From positions 32,001 to 96,000 of IMG/VR virus record IMGVR_UViG_3300031555_001441: a stretch of DNA of 64,000 nt. One strand, 5' to 3'. The position numbers and the translations under genes were made by a program. How positions within the stretch are numbered: position 1 is the stretch's first letter; every line of letters begins with the position of its first letter. The DNA is from a virus (lineage: Duplodnaviria > Caudoviricetes). This document shows, one piece after another, positions 41,462 through 51,156 of the stretch. Below the pieces are notes generated by a model. It made no database searches. It saw only the letters and a list, made by a program, of their open reading frames with translations, and was not told the DNA's origin.

Positions 41462-41796
41462 TGCTTGTCTGTGTTGAGTTCTGCATTCCATGCATCTACA
41501 TCAACACCTTCCTCCTTCAATTTGTATTTTGCTAACCACACATACTTATCTGGTGCTTCATAATGTTCAATCAATTTTTTATATTCTGCTCTAACTGACT
41601 CCCAAAAATCACGAAGACGTTTCTTCTTCCAACCTTGCGTTACCATTAAAGTATACAGAACCATTGCATCTAAGTTTGAAATCAACTCATCAGAAGCCTC
41701 AATTATCTGTCTATTGACTTCAATATCAATCGCCTTCTGTTCATCTGCAGTAAATTCGGCACCATATACCTTACCCTTATATTTCTTTACAAACAT
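41458..41796 (-). CDS. Hypothetical protein
   Basis: 112-aa ORF in operon. Confidence 0.6.
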   Translation of the reverse strand: MFVKKYKGKVYGAEFTADEQKAIDIEVNRQIIEASDELISNLDAMVLYTLMVTQGWKKKRLRDFWESVRAEYKKLIEHYEAPDKYVWLAKYKLKEEGVDVDAWNAELNTDKQ

Positions 41797-41801
41797 ATAG
41801 A

Positions 41802-42794
41802 TTACTCCCGCTGTTCATATAATTTTTTAAAAGTTGCTTCATCACAATCATTTACATCTTTCCCGTCTGGCATCGGTATTGTCCAAACAATCGCAACCGA
41901 TGACAAATATCTTTTCAGTTTAGCTGCACCTTTGCGACCGGCATCATCACCGTCTGTAGCAATAACGAACTCTGATGCACCTAGCTCTTTGAGCTGCTGA
42001 ATTTGATATGAATTTCCTGTTCCTAACAATGCTACTGCCGGAAATCCATATTTTACTGCAACTAATGCATCTAGACAACTTTCACAGATTATAACCGATT
42101 TGCAGCAATATGGAATCATCTCAATTCCATAAACAGGTTTTGTGACATTCTCGGGATAGTTGAACAATTTACCTTCAATAGATCTTCTACATAAGAAGAG
42201 GGTTCTTTTTTGTTTGTCTCGAACTGGAAATGTAATACATGGTACAGGCTTTTTTCGTCCAGGAGGTACCCAATTCATATCAACACCGATGTCGTAATCA
42301 GCAATTATCTGATCAGTCAGTCCTCTTTGATACATGTAAGGAACAACATAGCGGTAAGTTGCGAGCTCTTCTTCTGAAACATATTGTACTGCAGATTGAG
42401 TTTGAGCTGATATATAATCAAGTGCAAATTTATTTGAAACAGCTTCCATCAAGTTATTTGGTATCAGATCTTCATAATCAACTTCTGCTTCAAATCCAGG
42501 GACATTTGCACTCAACCATTCTAGTCCGGATGATCCAATCGACTTACGCTTAAGAATTTCGGTAATCATATCAGGAAGCGGTCTTGCAAATCCACAACTG
42601 AAACAATGTGCAAAACCTTCGGGGTACTTCTGTCCATTCTTATATTGAGATCTGATCAGAATTCCAAATGACGGTTTTCGTTCATTTCCATCGCTATGAA
42701 ATGGACAAAAACATTGATACCAGTCTCCTGATACTTTGTGTGTCCTTATTAGACCATGCTGAGCAAGTGTATTAACTATCAGTTCTACGTCCAT
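41802..42794 (-). CDS. dnaG: DNA primase (CHC2 Zn finger + TOPRIM)
   Basis: CPFH...PSF...HCFSC; ICES.LD; TDGDDAG; KDVND. Confidence 0.88.
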   Translation of the reverse strand: MDVELIVNTLAQHGLIRTHKVSGDWYQCFCPFHSDGNERKPSFGILIRSQYKNGQKYPEGFAHCFSCGFARPLPDMITEILKRKSIGSSGLEWLSANVPGFEAEVDYEDLIPNNLMEAVSNKFALDYISAQTQSAVQYVSEEELATYRYVVPYMYQRGLTDQIIADYDIGVDMNWVPPGRKKPVPCITFPVRDKQKRTLFLCRRSIEGKLFNYPENVTKPVYGIEMIPYCCKSVIICESCLDALVAVKYGFPAVALLGTGNSYQIQQLKELGASEFVIATDGDDAGRKGAAKLKRYLSSVAIVWTIPMPDGKDVNDCDEATFKKLYEQRE

Positions 42795-43113
42795 TGAATC
42801 TTACCTTACTATATCCACAACAGCCATATAAAGCATTATGAATAACTTTGAAATTGTGCACTATATTTACTGGTAGATCATTATTTTTAATAAGCGAAGT
42901 TACAAATGCAATTGTTTCATTGAGCACAACAGAATCTATAGGAACATGACGTTTATGTCGCGTGTAACAGCCTAGCACATGTAGTATTGCCGACAATATA
43001 TTTAGCTCATACAGAAATTCATAACTATTAGATGCAGAATCTAAGCTATTCCACATATCAGATATCATTTCAAATGATTTATGTATATCGTCAGCAGAAA
43101 TCGATTGAATCAT
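42772..43113 (-). CDS. Hypothetical protein
   Basis: ORF between helicase and primase. Confidence 0.5.
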   Translation of the reverse strand: MIQSISADDIHKSFEMISDMWNSLDSASNSYEFLYELNILSAILHVLGCYTRHKRHVPIDSVVLNETIAFVTSLIKNNDLPVNIVHNFKVIHNALYGCCGYSKVRFNGRRTDS

Positions 43114-43126
43114 ATCTACACCTCAA

Positions 43127-44479
43127 TTAAAATTCAACATCTTCGTAGTTATCATCCCAAGGCATTGTACTTGAATCTGCAAGAGTTGCAGATGTATTTG
43201 ATGTGATAGTTGGCATCTGAACAGATGGTTTTATCATTGTCGTAGCAACGTCATCATCACCTCCAGGTAGATACTGCATGTTTCCGGTATTAACATCCCA
43301 AGCATAACTGAGAACAGGTTTCTGATTGTTTGCTGTACGAGACTTCTCTAATCGAATGTCCAGGACATGTTTATCAAATATTTGTCGGATCGCAAATGCT
43401 TGCGTAGCAATTCGTCCTGGATGGTCACTTCCTTCAATGTTGTATAATGACGGAAATGGATCACCTTTATCATCTCTACATTCTTTGGTTTCTCTATTTG
43501 CTTGCATAGCAACTACAACAACACAACCATATTGTTTACTTAATTTAAATAAACTAGTACATATATTCTTATATCGAATGTAATCTGTATCGGCTTTGTT
43601 AACATCGGTCATATAAGATAGACCATCAATGATGAGTAATTTAATTCCGTGCTTTTTCACAAGCTGCTCAAGCCCTAAGATGTTTACCTCATTTGAAGGC
43701 ATATCCTTATCTTCTAGTACAAAAACACTTGTATCTTCTTTCATCAAATTTTTGATATATTCATAATAGTTAGCATCATATTTTCCCTGATGTAACTGAC
43801 TATTCTGAAAGTGCCCGCGCCATGTATCAAATCGAGTTCCAAGATAAGAAGCTTGCATCTCCGGAGAATAATAGAGGACCGGAAATCCATGTTTCTGCGC
43901 AGACTCCATTATCTTTGTACAGACCCAAGATTTACCTGTATTAGTACGAGCAAATATCAGCACTAATTCCTCAACTGTTGAAAATCCTCCATACATCAAT
44001 TTATCAATCTCAGCAAATCCAGTAGGAATTCGCGCTTGCTTGTTAAATTCAACTATCTGATCACTTCTGAGTTTAGCATCTTTGACAATGTCCATTGGAT
44101 GCGTATTTGATAATTCAGAAACTTTATCGCATTGTCTAGATAAATATTGCCAAGCTTCCGTTACATCTCCGGCACCTAGATCCTTCAACTTATTAAAGGT
44201 CTCAATCAGCATTATGTGCTGTTTGTTTTTTCGCATCTCCTCAGACAAGTAAGAGAGCGGTTCAGCAACTGATACTAGATTAATTTCTGGAAATTCTGAC
44301 TGAAAAGTAAATACATCCGGTACAGATCTATATTGTTGCCTGTGCTGAAATATAAAATGAATATGCGGTTTGAAAACTGAATAATATGACTCATCGAACT
44401 CAAGCAACGAATCTACTTCAGATTCGTCAGTGCTTGTAAGAATTTTTGATATTACTTGCAGCTCTATAGATGTGATCAT
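43127..44479 (-). CDS. dnaB: Replicative helicase (DnaB/SF4)
   Basis: IPTGF..ID, ARTNTGKS, YSPEM, IIDG, QANR, KSR. Confidence 0.88.
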   Translation of the reverse strand: MITSIELQVISKILTSTDESEVDSLLEFDESYYSVFKPHIHFIFQHRQQYRSVPDVFTFQSEFPEINLVSVAEPLSYLSEEMRKNKQHIMLIETFNKLKDLGAGDVTEAWQYLSRQCDKVSELSNTHPMDIVKDAKLRSDQIVEFNKQARIPTGFAEIDKLMYGGFSTVEELVLIFARTNTGKSWVCTKIMESAQKHGFPVLYYSPEMQASYLGTRFDTWRGHFQNSQLHQGKYDANYYEYIKNLMKEDTSVFVLEDKDMPSNEVNILGLEQLVKKHGIKLLIIDGLSYMTDVNKADTDYIRYKNICTSLFKLSKQYGCVVVVAMQANRETKECRDDKGDPFPSLYNIEGSDHPGRIATQAFAIRQIFDKHVLDIRLEKSRTANNQKPVLSYAWDVNTGNMQYLPGGDDDVATTMIKPSVQMPTITSNTSATLADSSTMPWDDNYEDVEF

Positions 44480-45099
44480 GATTTCACCACCTTAGCTGCT
44501 TCAATGAGCTTTGTTTTTAGAAGAGAGAAAAATCTACTGGACTTACTGCTTACTAAATTTCCTAACGGAGGAGACACTATAAGTGTTGTATGTTCACCAT
44601 CTTCACGTAGTTGCAGAAGATTGAGTAATGTTTGCGATTCAAAGTCCCCGAAATTGACATAATCAATACCAGATATGATAAGTACTTTTGCTGACTCTGC
44701 CCATATCTGCATATATTCAAGAGCTTCCATATCAGTTTTAGCTGACCAACTCTTCTTCATATCATCTAAGTATTTAGCGTACTTTAAATTGTATACAGTG
44801 CAATGAAGCCTACTACCTTGCCAATTACTGCATATAGCAGAATACGTAAATATGTCTGAATATTGAGCAGTTGTTCTGCGAGAAGACGACCCTACAACAT
44901 ATACTCCTGTTTTGTTTTCAATCTGAGACAACAAGGCCAAACTAGCATCATAATCAATTGTCATATCTGAAAATACAAAACTGCTTAGAGATATATTATT
45001 TCGTTCTAGAAGATACGATGTCTCTGCTAATGTAGGGCAAGACTTATCACAGAATGGTTCAATACAGTACGGAGTAAATATACAGTTATGCATTTTCAA
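44476..45099 (-). CDS. DnaC-like helicase loader with degenerate Walker A
   Basis: Cys-rich N-terminus, VLIISGID, LLQLR...HTTLIVS; directly upstream of dnaB. Confidence 0.5.
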   Translation of the reverse strand: MKMHNCIFTPYCIEPFCDKSCPTLAETSYLLERNNISLSSFVFSDMTIDYDASLALLSQIENKTGVYVVGSSSRRTTAQYSDIFTYSAICSNWQGSRLHCTVYNLKYAKYLDDMKKSWSAKTDMEALEYMQIWAESAKVLIISGIDYVNFGDFESQTLLNLLQLREDGEHTTLIVSPPLGNLVSSKSSRFFSLLKTKLIEAAKVVKS

Positions 45100-46198
45100 T
45101 TCTCCTTAGTACTGGATTTCGTGTTTGCTTGTATGATACACGAGCGCGCACACACTGACGTGCTATTTCAAGTATATCTGAATATCCGTATCTTATGTAG
45201 CTGGATATAGGCATAAACAATGTTAAAAACGGATCTAGAGAACCATACAGTGGATATTGATGTTCGATGTGTTTAACATCTCGTTCTAATAGATAACGTC
45301 TTACAACATATTCTTTGATATACTCAGATGTAAATGGAATTGTTTTAGATTCAGGAAGTGCATTCCAAATATCTGCAGTTCTGTATAACTGACCGTCTAC
45401 TTCTATGTGTGAATAGAAACTCACAAGCTCATCATCAATTACTCGATACAACTTGAAAATATGTGGATATTTTATTAGATTGTCAATAAGTTGATTTTTT
45501 GTATATCCTTCAATTGGAAGAATACTGCCGAGTTCATCATCATTGTCTAACGTTGGTTGATATTCGTAGAGAGTAGCTGCACGCGTTTGAATGAATCTGT
45601 TCGGAAACAGTTTATATAGATCATCTGCAGTCATCTTAGAAACATCAGTTGTGCATGATATTTCATTTTGACGTTTTGGTATTTCAGGATATGATCGATA
45701 TATTACATACGGAGTATTATCAATTAGTTGTGCTTTCCATGGATCTTTGATGTTAAACTGTGGAACTATAGGTGGCCTTAAATACAAGTCCTCTTTAGGC
45801 GTCGGAGGTGTGTCAAAAGAAGTTATCGGTACTGCGGGTTGAATAGGGCTGACCGGCTCTTCAGTTTTTGCTTCGTAGCTATCTACAATTGCTATGTCCC
45901 ATATTATATCTTTTTCATTTATATATAGATCTTTAAGAATCGCTCTACAGATACTATCATCAGATATTTCACAATTGAGTACTTCCGCCGATTTCATTAT
46001 TTCGGGTATGACATCATTAGAGATAACTATCAATGAGATTGAATTCATCACAGCTACAATGTGTTGACGCTGTCGATAGATTCCTGAATACACTTTAATA
46101 GCTGCAGAAACTACATTAGCGTGCAACGTAGAGAGCTGAGCTCTGCACGATGGCGGATATTTTAATTTATCTGGAATTTCAGAAAACTTTATTTTCAT
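45086..46198 (-). CDS. Hypothetical protein of the replication operon
   Basis: 370-aa ORF overlapping the next gene. Confidence 0.65.
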   Translation of the reverse strand: MKIKFSEIPDKLKYPPSCRAQLSTLHANVVSAAIKVYSGIYRQRQHIVAVMNSISLIVISNDVIPEIMKSAEVLNCEISDDSICRAILKDLYINEKDIIWDIAIVDSYEAKTEEPVSPIQPAVPITSFDTPPTPKEDLYLRPPIVPQFNIKDPWKAQLIDNTPYVIYRSYPEIPKRQNEISCTTDVSKMTADDLYKLFPNRFIQTRAATLYEYQPTLDNDDELGSILPIEGYTKNQLIDNLIKYPHIFKLYRVIDDELVSFYSHIEVDGQLYRTADIWNALPESKTIPFTSEYIKEYVVRRYLLERDVKHIEHQYPLYGSLDPFLTLFMPISSYIRYGYSDILEIARQCVRARVSYKQTRNPVLRRIENA

Positions 46199-46203
46199 AT
46201 TAT

Positions 46204-47082
46204 CTAGTCCTTAATCAATTTACACTTTTTAAGCAACTCAGAATTCATCTTGTAGTCTTCATAAGCATCAAGAACTCCGGGATTGTATTGTCCACACAAT
46301 CTGTATACACAATCTTCTGTAGGATACATCTCGTTATCTGATAATGAACATAACTGAGATAAACCATTATCTAACAATACATCCCACAAGACTGCAGCTG
46401 TTAGTGTAAGTTGTGAAGCGTCAGGATATCTGTTGAAAGAATATATGAAATACGGAACTGCATAAACATTAGAAGTATCTGTTTCAATAGATCTACACCA
46501 TTCTTCAAATTTCTGTATGAATTGATCTTCTGTATCTACGTTTACATTGTATCCATATACAATAACGATATCTCGGATCCAACCTGGAACACGCTTCATA
46601 TTATAATGAAAATTTGAACATGATTTTGTTAAGAATCTTGTTTTGAACCAATAATCTAATAATTCAGCACATTTTTGTGCACTGCGCAGTGATATGTGTT
46701 TAGTTACTAGAGTTTCAAACACCTTTGCATATTCTACTAACGCTTGTTTTCTTGATACTGAAGCTGTGTTAGATGTCGATACTGCAGAAGATACAGAAGA
46801 CGTCGAAACAAATGATTTCAATCGATTAAGTTCAGCTTGCATACCATCTAAAACAGCAGCAATATCTGGATTTGAAGATTGTGAAAATTCGACTTCATCC
46901 ATGTTAGATAAAGTTTCATCTTCAAGTATTGTATAGATGATTCTAACAACTTCGCTGCAAGTAGCTGCAACTTCTTTCAGACGAGCTTTCGACTTTCCAT
47001 ACATTGTATGCGAACTTTCTGAAATATCTTTAACATATCCTAACAGACGCTTCACCTGGAGTTCAGCACTGTTAATATCCAT
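46204..47082 (-). CDS. Hypothetical protein, first gene of the replication operon
   Basis: 292-aa ORF with AAGGAGGT RBS. Confidence 0.65.
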   Translation of the reverse strand: MDINSAELQVKRLLGYVKDISESSHTMYGKSKARLKEVAATCSEVVRIIYTILEDETLSNMDEVEFSQSSNPDIAAVLDGMQAELNRLKSFVSTSSVSSAVSTSNTASVSRKQALVEYAKVFETLVTKHISLRSAQKCAELLDYWFKTRFLTKSCSNFHYNMKRVPGWIRDIVIVYGYNVNVDTEDQFIQKFEEWCRSIETDTSNVYAVPYFIYSFNRYPDASQLTLTAAVLWDVLLDNGLSQLCSLSDNEMYPTEDCVYRLCGQYNPGVLDAYEDYKMNSELLKKCKLIKD

Positions 47083-47124
47083 TGAGGCAAGTTACCTCCT
47101 TTGCTACAAGATGATATTAAAAAT

Positions 47125-47263
47125 GAGTGTGACGTTCGTTTAGGCTACCTCATCAGCGAGCTACACACGATATCGCTACATATGGATCGGCACACTCAAT
47201 AGCTGATGATGCAGATTGTAGTGCGGCCACTTTCTGCCGATAGCCCAAACGAACGCCGCACTC
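47125..47263 (-). ncRNA. Putative structured leader RNA / small RNA
   Basis: 23-bp closing stem (2 G-U pairs and 1 mismatch on the minus strand) plus internal 7-8 bp helices; GC-rich island directly behind a sigma70 promoter. Confidence 0.6.
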
Positions 47264-47291
47264 GTTGTTTGTATTTTGTATCTTCAACATT

Positions 47292-47320
47292 ATTATAAGA
47301 TAGATTGAATCATAAATCAA
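47292..47320 (-). promoter_or_regulatory. Sigma70/SigA-type promoter
   Basis: TTGATT-17 nt-TATAAT. Confidence 0.7.
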
Positions 47321-47439
47321 TATTATTTGATTAAGATTTTATTAAATTATTTTTTCGCCATATGATTGTGTGTACAGTTTATAACGATTTGCATAATTGG
47401 TAAAAATTAAATACGCTATAATAAATATAATTCATTTTA

Positions 47440-47729
47440 TTTCATATATAAATTCATATATTTCATATTTGTATTCATATATTTCATATATTGTTCGTCA
47501 ATATACCCAATTTTGATTAAATTGATCTACAAAATACCCGGTTTTGGCCAATTTGATGATTTACAAAATACCCGGTTTTGGCCAATTTGATGATTCAATG
47601 ATACAATAGCATTTTACAAAATACCCGATTTTGGCGAATTTGAAATTGTAAAAACACCCGGTTTTGGCGAATTTGAAATTACTTATATTATATAACGAAT
47701 CTACAAAATACCCGGTTTTGGCCAATTTG
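47440..47729. repeat. Iteron-like direct repeats and AT-rich region, putative replication origin
   Basis: Five ~28-nt TACAAAATACCCGGTTTTGGCCAATTTG-like copies at 47528, 47562, 47615, 47649 and 47702, plus five TTCATAT units at 47440-47490. Confidence 0.7.
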
Positions 47730-47803
47730 TAAAACAATAATTTCATAAGATTTTCATAATCAGATATTGAATAAAAATTTAAAAATAAATTTTTGAATAT
47801 CTA

Positions 47804-47832
47804 TTGACTTTTTTATAATAATAATATAAAAT
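47804..47832 (+). promoter_or_regulatory. Sigma70/SigA-type promoter for the plus-strand gene
   Basis: TTGACT-17 nt-TAAAAT. Confidence 0.6.
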
Positions 47833-47912
47833 AAACTTGTAGATAGAAGAAGATTGATCAAAAAATTTACGAAAAATTTTAACATACATAATCACATTAT
47901 AGGAGGGTTGAT

Positions 47913-48677
47913 ATGAGTACATATTCAAGAGATTACATCAAACAGCGTACACTCGAAATATATAAATCTATGCCGCAAAACAAAGAGCAGCGCAAAGCTT
48001 GTTTGAAAGAACGTGATGAAATCATTGAGTTGAATTACACATTTTTTGGATACATAGCATCACATACATTTATAAATAATCCTTCTGTTACATATGAAGA
48101 TAAATTGCAGTCAGCTCTTATGCACTTCTGTGAATGTTTTTGGTGGTACATGTGGGAGGGTGATGAAACACATAAAGGATATAGAACAGATTTGGCTTGG
48201 ACTGTTTTCTTCAAACCGCGTATAGGTGAAATGATAGAGCGAGAATTGAATGAAGTAAAATATTCAATTCGACGCTCTTTATGTATGAAAGCCGGAGCAC
48301 AGCTTGGTAAGCACTGGGCACAAGTCAGATATGAAGATCTTGATAAAGTCAATCTTCCGCCGGAGGAGATGGCTTCACTTAAATCAATGTTTGGTACTAT
48401 GTACTGGGCAGATTTATCTGAACATGAATTGTATATTCCGGCTCCAACAGAACGTGAATCCGAATTCGCAAATCCTTCAGATAATTATAATACTGTGGAA
48501 GAACTTCTTATTCATGAAATGGTTGTGGAAGAGAAAAAACTTACAGATTCAGATCTGTTGCAGATTGCTGATATGTATGGGCTTGATTACTATGAATTGA
48601 AACGTAAACTTCCTGAATGCGAAGCTACACTGTATAAAAGATTAAAAGACAGTTTAGATCTGTATAATATGGATTAG
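47913..48677 (+). CDS. Putative phage sigma factor
   Basis: ERDEIIELNY..FGYIA...YEDKLQSA...FFKPRI region-2-like; C-terminal HTH (LLQIADMYGL); AGGAGG RBS; the only plus-strand gene. Confidence 0.65.
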   Translation: MSTYSRDYIKQRTLEIYKSMPQNKEQRKACLKERDEIIELNYTFFGYIASHTFINNPSVTYEDKLQSALMHFCECFWWYMWEGDETHKGYRTDLAWTVFFKPRIGEMIERELNEVKYSIRRSLCMKAGAQLGKHWAQVRYEDLDKVNLPPEEMASLKSMFGTMYWADLSEHELYIPAPTERESEFANPSDNYNTVEELLIHEMVVEEKKLTDSDLLQIADMYGLDYYELKRKLPECEATLYKRLKDSLDLYNMD

Positions 48678-48694
48678 ATAATTGAACAAAAAAG

Positions 48695-48729
48695 AAAAGC
48701 GCCTGATGCTGTTCAGACGCTTTTTTTTT
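48695..48729. terminator. Bidirectional terminator between convergent genes
   Basis: AAAAGCG.CTGA...TCAG.CGCTTTTTTTTT. Confidence 0.7.
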
Positions 48730-48741
48730 GTTGTATGAGAA

Positions 48742-49710
48742 TCAAACAGCGATTTTGTCCATCACTTTCAACAGCTTTGCTGAAAGATTAGGTTCAGTTG
48801 AGATAGAAAGTCCGGGTATAACTTTCATTCGTCTGTTAAGGTCATATACACTTTCTAACTTGACAAAGTAGTGCTGTTCGTAGTCGAGTGCAGCTTGAAG
48901 CAGCTGATACCGCGTTCCATGATAGTTTGCAAGATTATCCATCTCCATACAATTCATGAAAGTTTCTCTCTTTACTGAAATTGTTTCATTAGCTTTGTTC
49001 TCCAACGGAGTTCCGTCTGCTATCTGATATGGGAACAGGATATCAAGCGCAGTATTGATGTAACTTTCGGATGTTTTCTCCTTTAACAGATTCGCAGCAG
49101 ATTTGTTGAGTGCTAGAATTGCCCTATCAACCGAAGAAAGAATCTGACTTGCGATTGCTTCATTTTCATCTTTAGTAGTTGCCAACGGAACTCGGAGGCA
49201 ATATGTGTTTTTAGATAATGCTTGATTGAGAGTATTCTGACACACTACACGAATGGGTGTGTTAAGAATAGTTATGCGTCCGTCTGATTTAGTATGATCA
49301 TTTACAACAACGAAATAATGATCAACATCATCATCGACAACTTTGAACTGATCTCGAATCTTGTAGCAAGCAAACACGTTTTCACCTCTGCCTAAACTAG
49401 CAGCTGTCTCTACATCGAGAGATTTTCCTACAAGAAAATCAAAAGTTTCGAATGCATCAATGTTCTGAATGAGCTCCGGAACTTTATTTACAAGAGCTAA
49501 TACAGCATCATTATCTTCTCTGTAGATCGCATGGTAGCTCTTTATGTGATCGTGGCGATCAGTGAAGATAGGTAACGCAGCTACGGTCCAGTCAAACTTG
49601 CCAGCTGCAACCAGCTCGCGGGCTGATTTCGGGCTTTCAGTTAATATCTGACCTTCTCGATGCCAGGGCACTTCTCCTACGTATATCATGGAATCAATGT
49701 TTGCACTCAT
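48742..49710 (-). CDS. DUF932-family protein
   Basis: VPWHREG, IQNIDAF, ETAASL, TPIRVVCQNTL, GTRYQLLQA. Confidence 0.8.
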   Translation of the reverse strand: MSANIDSMIYVGEVPWHREGQILTESPKSARELVAAGKFDWTVAALPIFTDRHDHIKSYHAIYREDNDAVLALVNKVPELIQNIDAFETFDFLVGKSLDVETAASLGRGENVFACYKIRDQFKVVDDDVDHYFVVVNDHTKSDGRITILNTPIRVVCQNTLNQALSKNTYCLRVPLATTKDENEAIASQILSSVDRAILALNKSAANLLKEKTSESYINTALDILFPYQIADGTPLENKANETISVKRETFMNCMEMDNLANYHGTRYQLLQAALDYEQHYFVKLESVYDLNRRMKVIPGLSISTEPNLSAKLLKVMDKIAV

Positions 49711-49756
49711 GTGTGAGTACCTCCTTCATATTTGTTGTGTATTCTATAACGATTCA

Positions 49757-49788
49757 TAAAAAAAGAACTGAGTTTTCTCAGTTCTTTC
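49757..49788 (-). terminator. Intrinsic terminator
   Basis: AAAGAACTGAG-tttt-CTCAGTTCTTT. Confidence 0.65.
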
Positions 49789-49789
49789 A

Positions 49790-50239
49790 TCAGTCAATAT
49801 AATCTAGATCTCGTGCAGCTTGTACGACCTCTTGGAATGAATGACCGTCATTGAGTAATTCTAACACTACATTATCTAAATCAAACTGATCGGATAGTTC
49901 GTATTCAGTGATATATTTATGCACTGTTTTGCTATCTGCGTTTTGAACAAGACCTAGTCGATCTAGAGTTTCAACTGAAAATCTATCGAGCATTTCTTCA
50001 GGCTCAACTTCTTCGTTGTTAAGATCAATAGGTTCATAATTAGATTCGCATACTATCAAGTTATCATCATCGTCAATGATTGCGCTGATAAATGCAACAT
50101 CTAGATCTCTTAACGCATTCCAGCCGACATCTTGTAACCTTTGAATGAGGATAATGTTTGCATTTTGTCTGCGAAGATCTCTGATTGTATCCTCAAGATT
50201 AAATCTGTAGAATATTGTCTCTTGTACATATTCTCTCAT
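49790..50239 (-). CDS. Hypothetical acidic protein
   Basis: ORF with AAGGAG RBS. Confidence 0.6.
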   Translation of the reverse strand: MREYVQETIFYRFNLEDTIRDLRRQNANIILIQRLQDVGWNALRDLDVAFISAIIDDDDNLIVCESNYEPIDLNNEEVEPEEMLDRFSVETLDRLGLVQNADSKTVHKYITEYELSDQFDLDNVVLELLNDGHSFQEVVQAARDLDYID

Positions 50240-50250
50240 GTTTGTTCTCC

Positions 50251-50634
50251 TTAGTTTACGGCATTCGGCAACTTACCACGTTTATCACCTGTAAGTTTGC
50301 TGTATTTAAAGTTATTGCGTAAATTAACGTAGTAGAAATGTCCCTTGCTAGGAGCTGTCACCCATTTTCTATATAGAGATATCGGCACATCATATAATAC
50401 GTATATATCACCTGGACCACCCGTTTTGTCTGCTTTGAACTGAACATATACGTCACCTGTTTTATCGTGTCTATCTCGTATGTTGATGTTGTAACCCCAT
50501 ACATTGCTGGATTTAACTCTTACAATGTGCGTCATTATATCTTTTGTCGAGATCGACGCTTGTATTATTGATTTTCTTTCAGCCGAATCGCAGAAGCAGA
50601 TTTCTGCAATTGAAGCTCGAATCAATCTTTTCAT
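50251..50634 (-). CDS. KTSC-domain protein (MKRLIRAS N-terminus)
   Basis: VKSSNV..Y...YVQFK...Y..VP...Y.....APSKGHF. Confidence 0.75.
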   Translation of the reverse strand: MKRLIRASIAEICFCDSAERKSIIQASISTKDIMTHIVRVKSSNVWGYNINIRDRHDKTGDVYVQFKADKTGGPGDIYVLYDVPISLYRKWVTAPSKGHFYYVNLRNNFKYSKLTGDKRGKLPNAVN

Positions 50635-50647
50635 TTAATTTAATTCC

Positions 50648-51136
50648 TTATGTAGATGTAAATATTATATGCAATTGAGCTGCGATGTCATCTGCAGTCA
50701 TTTCGTTTGATGCAGATACTATATCAACTGCAATTGAGATAAATTGTTCTCGTTTTTCATGTGTGCGTTGAATCAACTCTGGTGTTATCTTGAACAAAGG
50801 ATATTTGTTTGGTCCCGTCTGTGTTGCTTTGAAATATCCAAGATCCGCACGCGCATCTTTCAACGATTCGCCTAACTCTTTTCTGAATAACTTCTCATAT
50901 GTATTGATGGATAACTTCTTGTTATTCGGCTTCACCTCATAATCATTGATGATGGATACGAATTCGGACAATTCGTCTATCCAGTGATTCAAATCTCGAG
51001 TGCTATCATCATATATCAATACTTTCAGAAGATGCTCGTGTATAGCAGGCATTAGATGCTCAATGCGATCCTCTACTATCTTGCGAGGATGTGCGAATGC
51101 GAATATATTTTGTTTTAATCGTATAAGTCGTTTCAT
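50648..51136 (-). CDS. Hypothetical protein (DUF29-like)
   Basis: IHEHLLKV...HWIDEL. Confidence 0.5.
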   Translation of the reverse strand: MKRLIRLKQNIFAFAHPRKIVEDRIEHLMPAIHEHLLKVLIYDDSTRDLNHWIDELSEFVSIINDYEVKPNNKKLSINTYEKLFRKELGESLKDARADLGYFKATQTGPNKYPLFKITPELIQRTHEKREQFISIAVDIVSASNEMTADDIAAQLHIIFTST

Positions 51137-51156
51137 CTGTGCATCTCCATCCTTTA

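Noticed and set aside
47528-47729. CRISPR array
   Set aside because: The gaps between repeats are only about 6 and 25 nt and alternate, the repeats vary, and there is no cas operon; iterons fit better.
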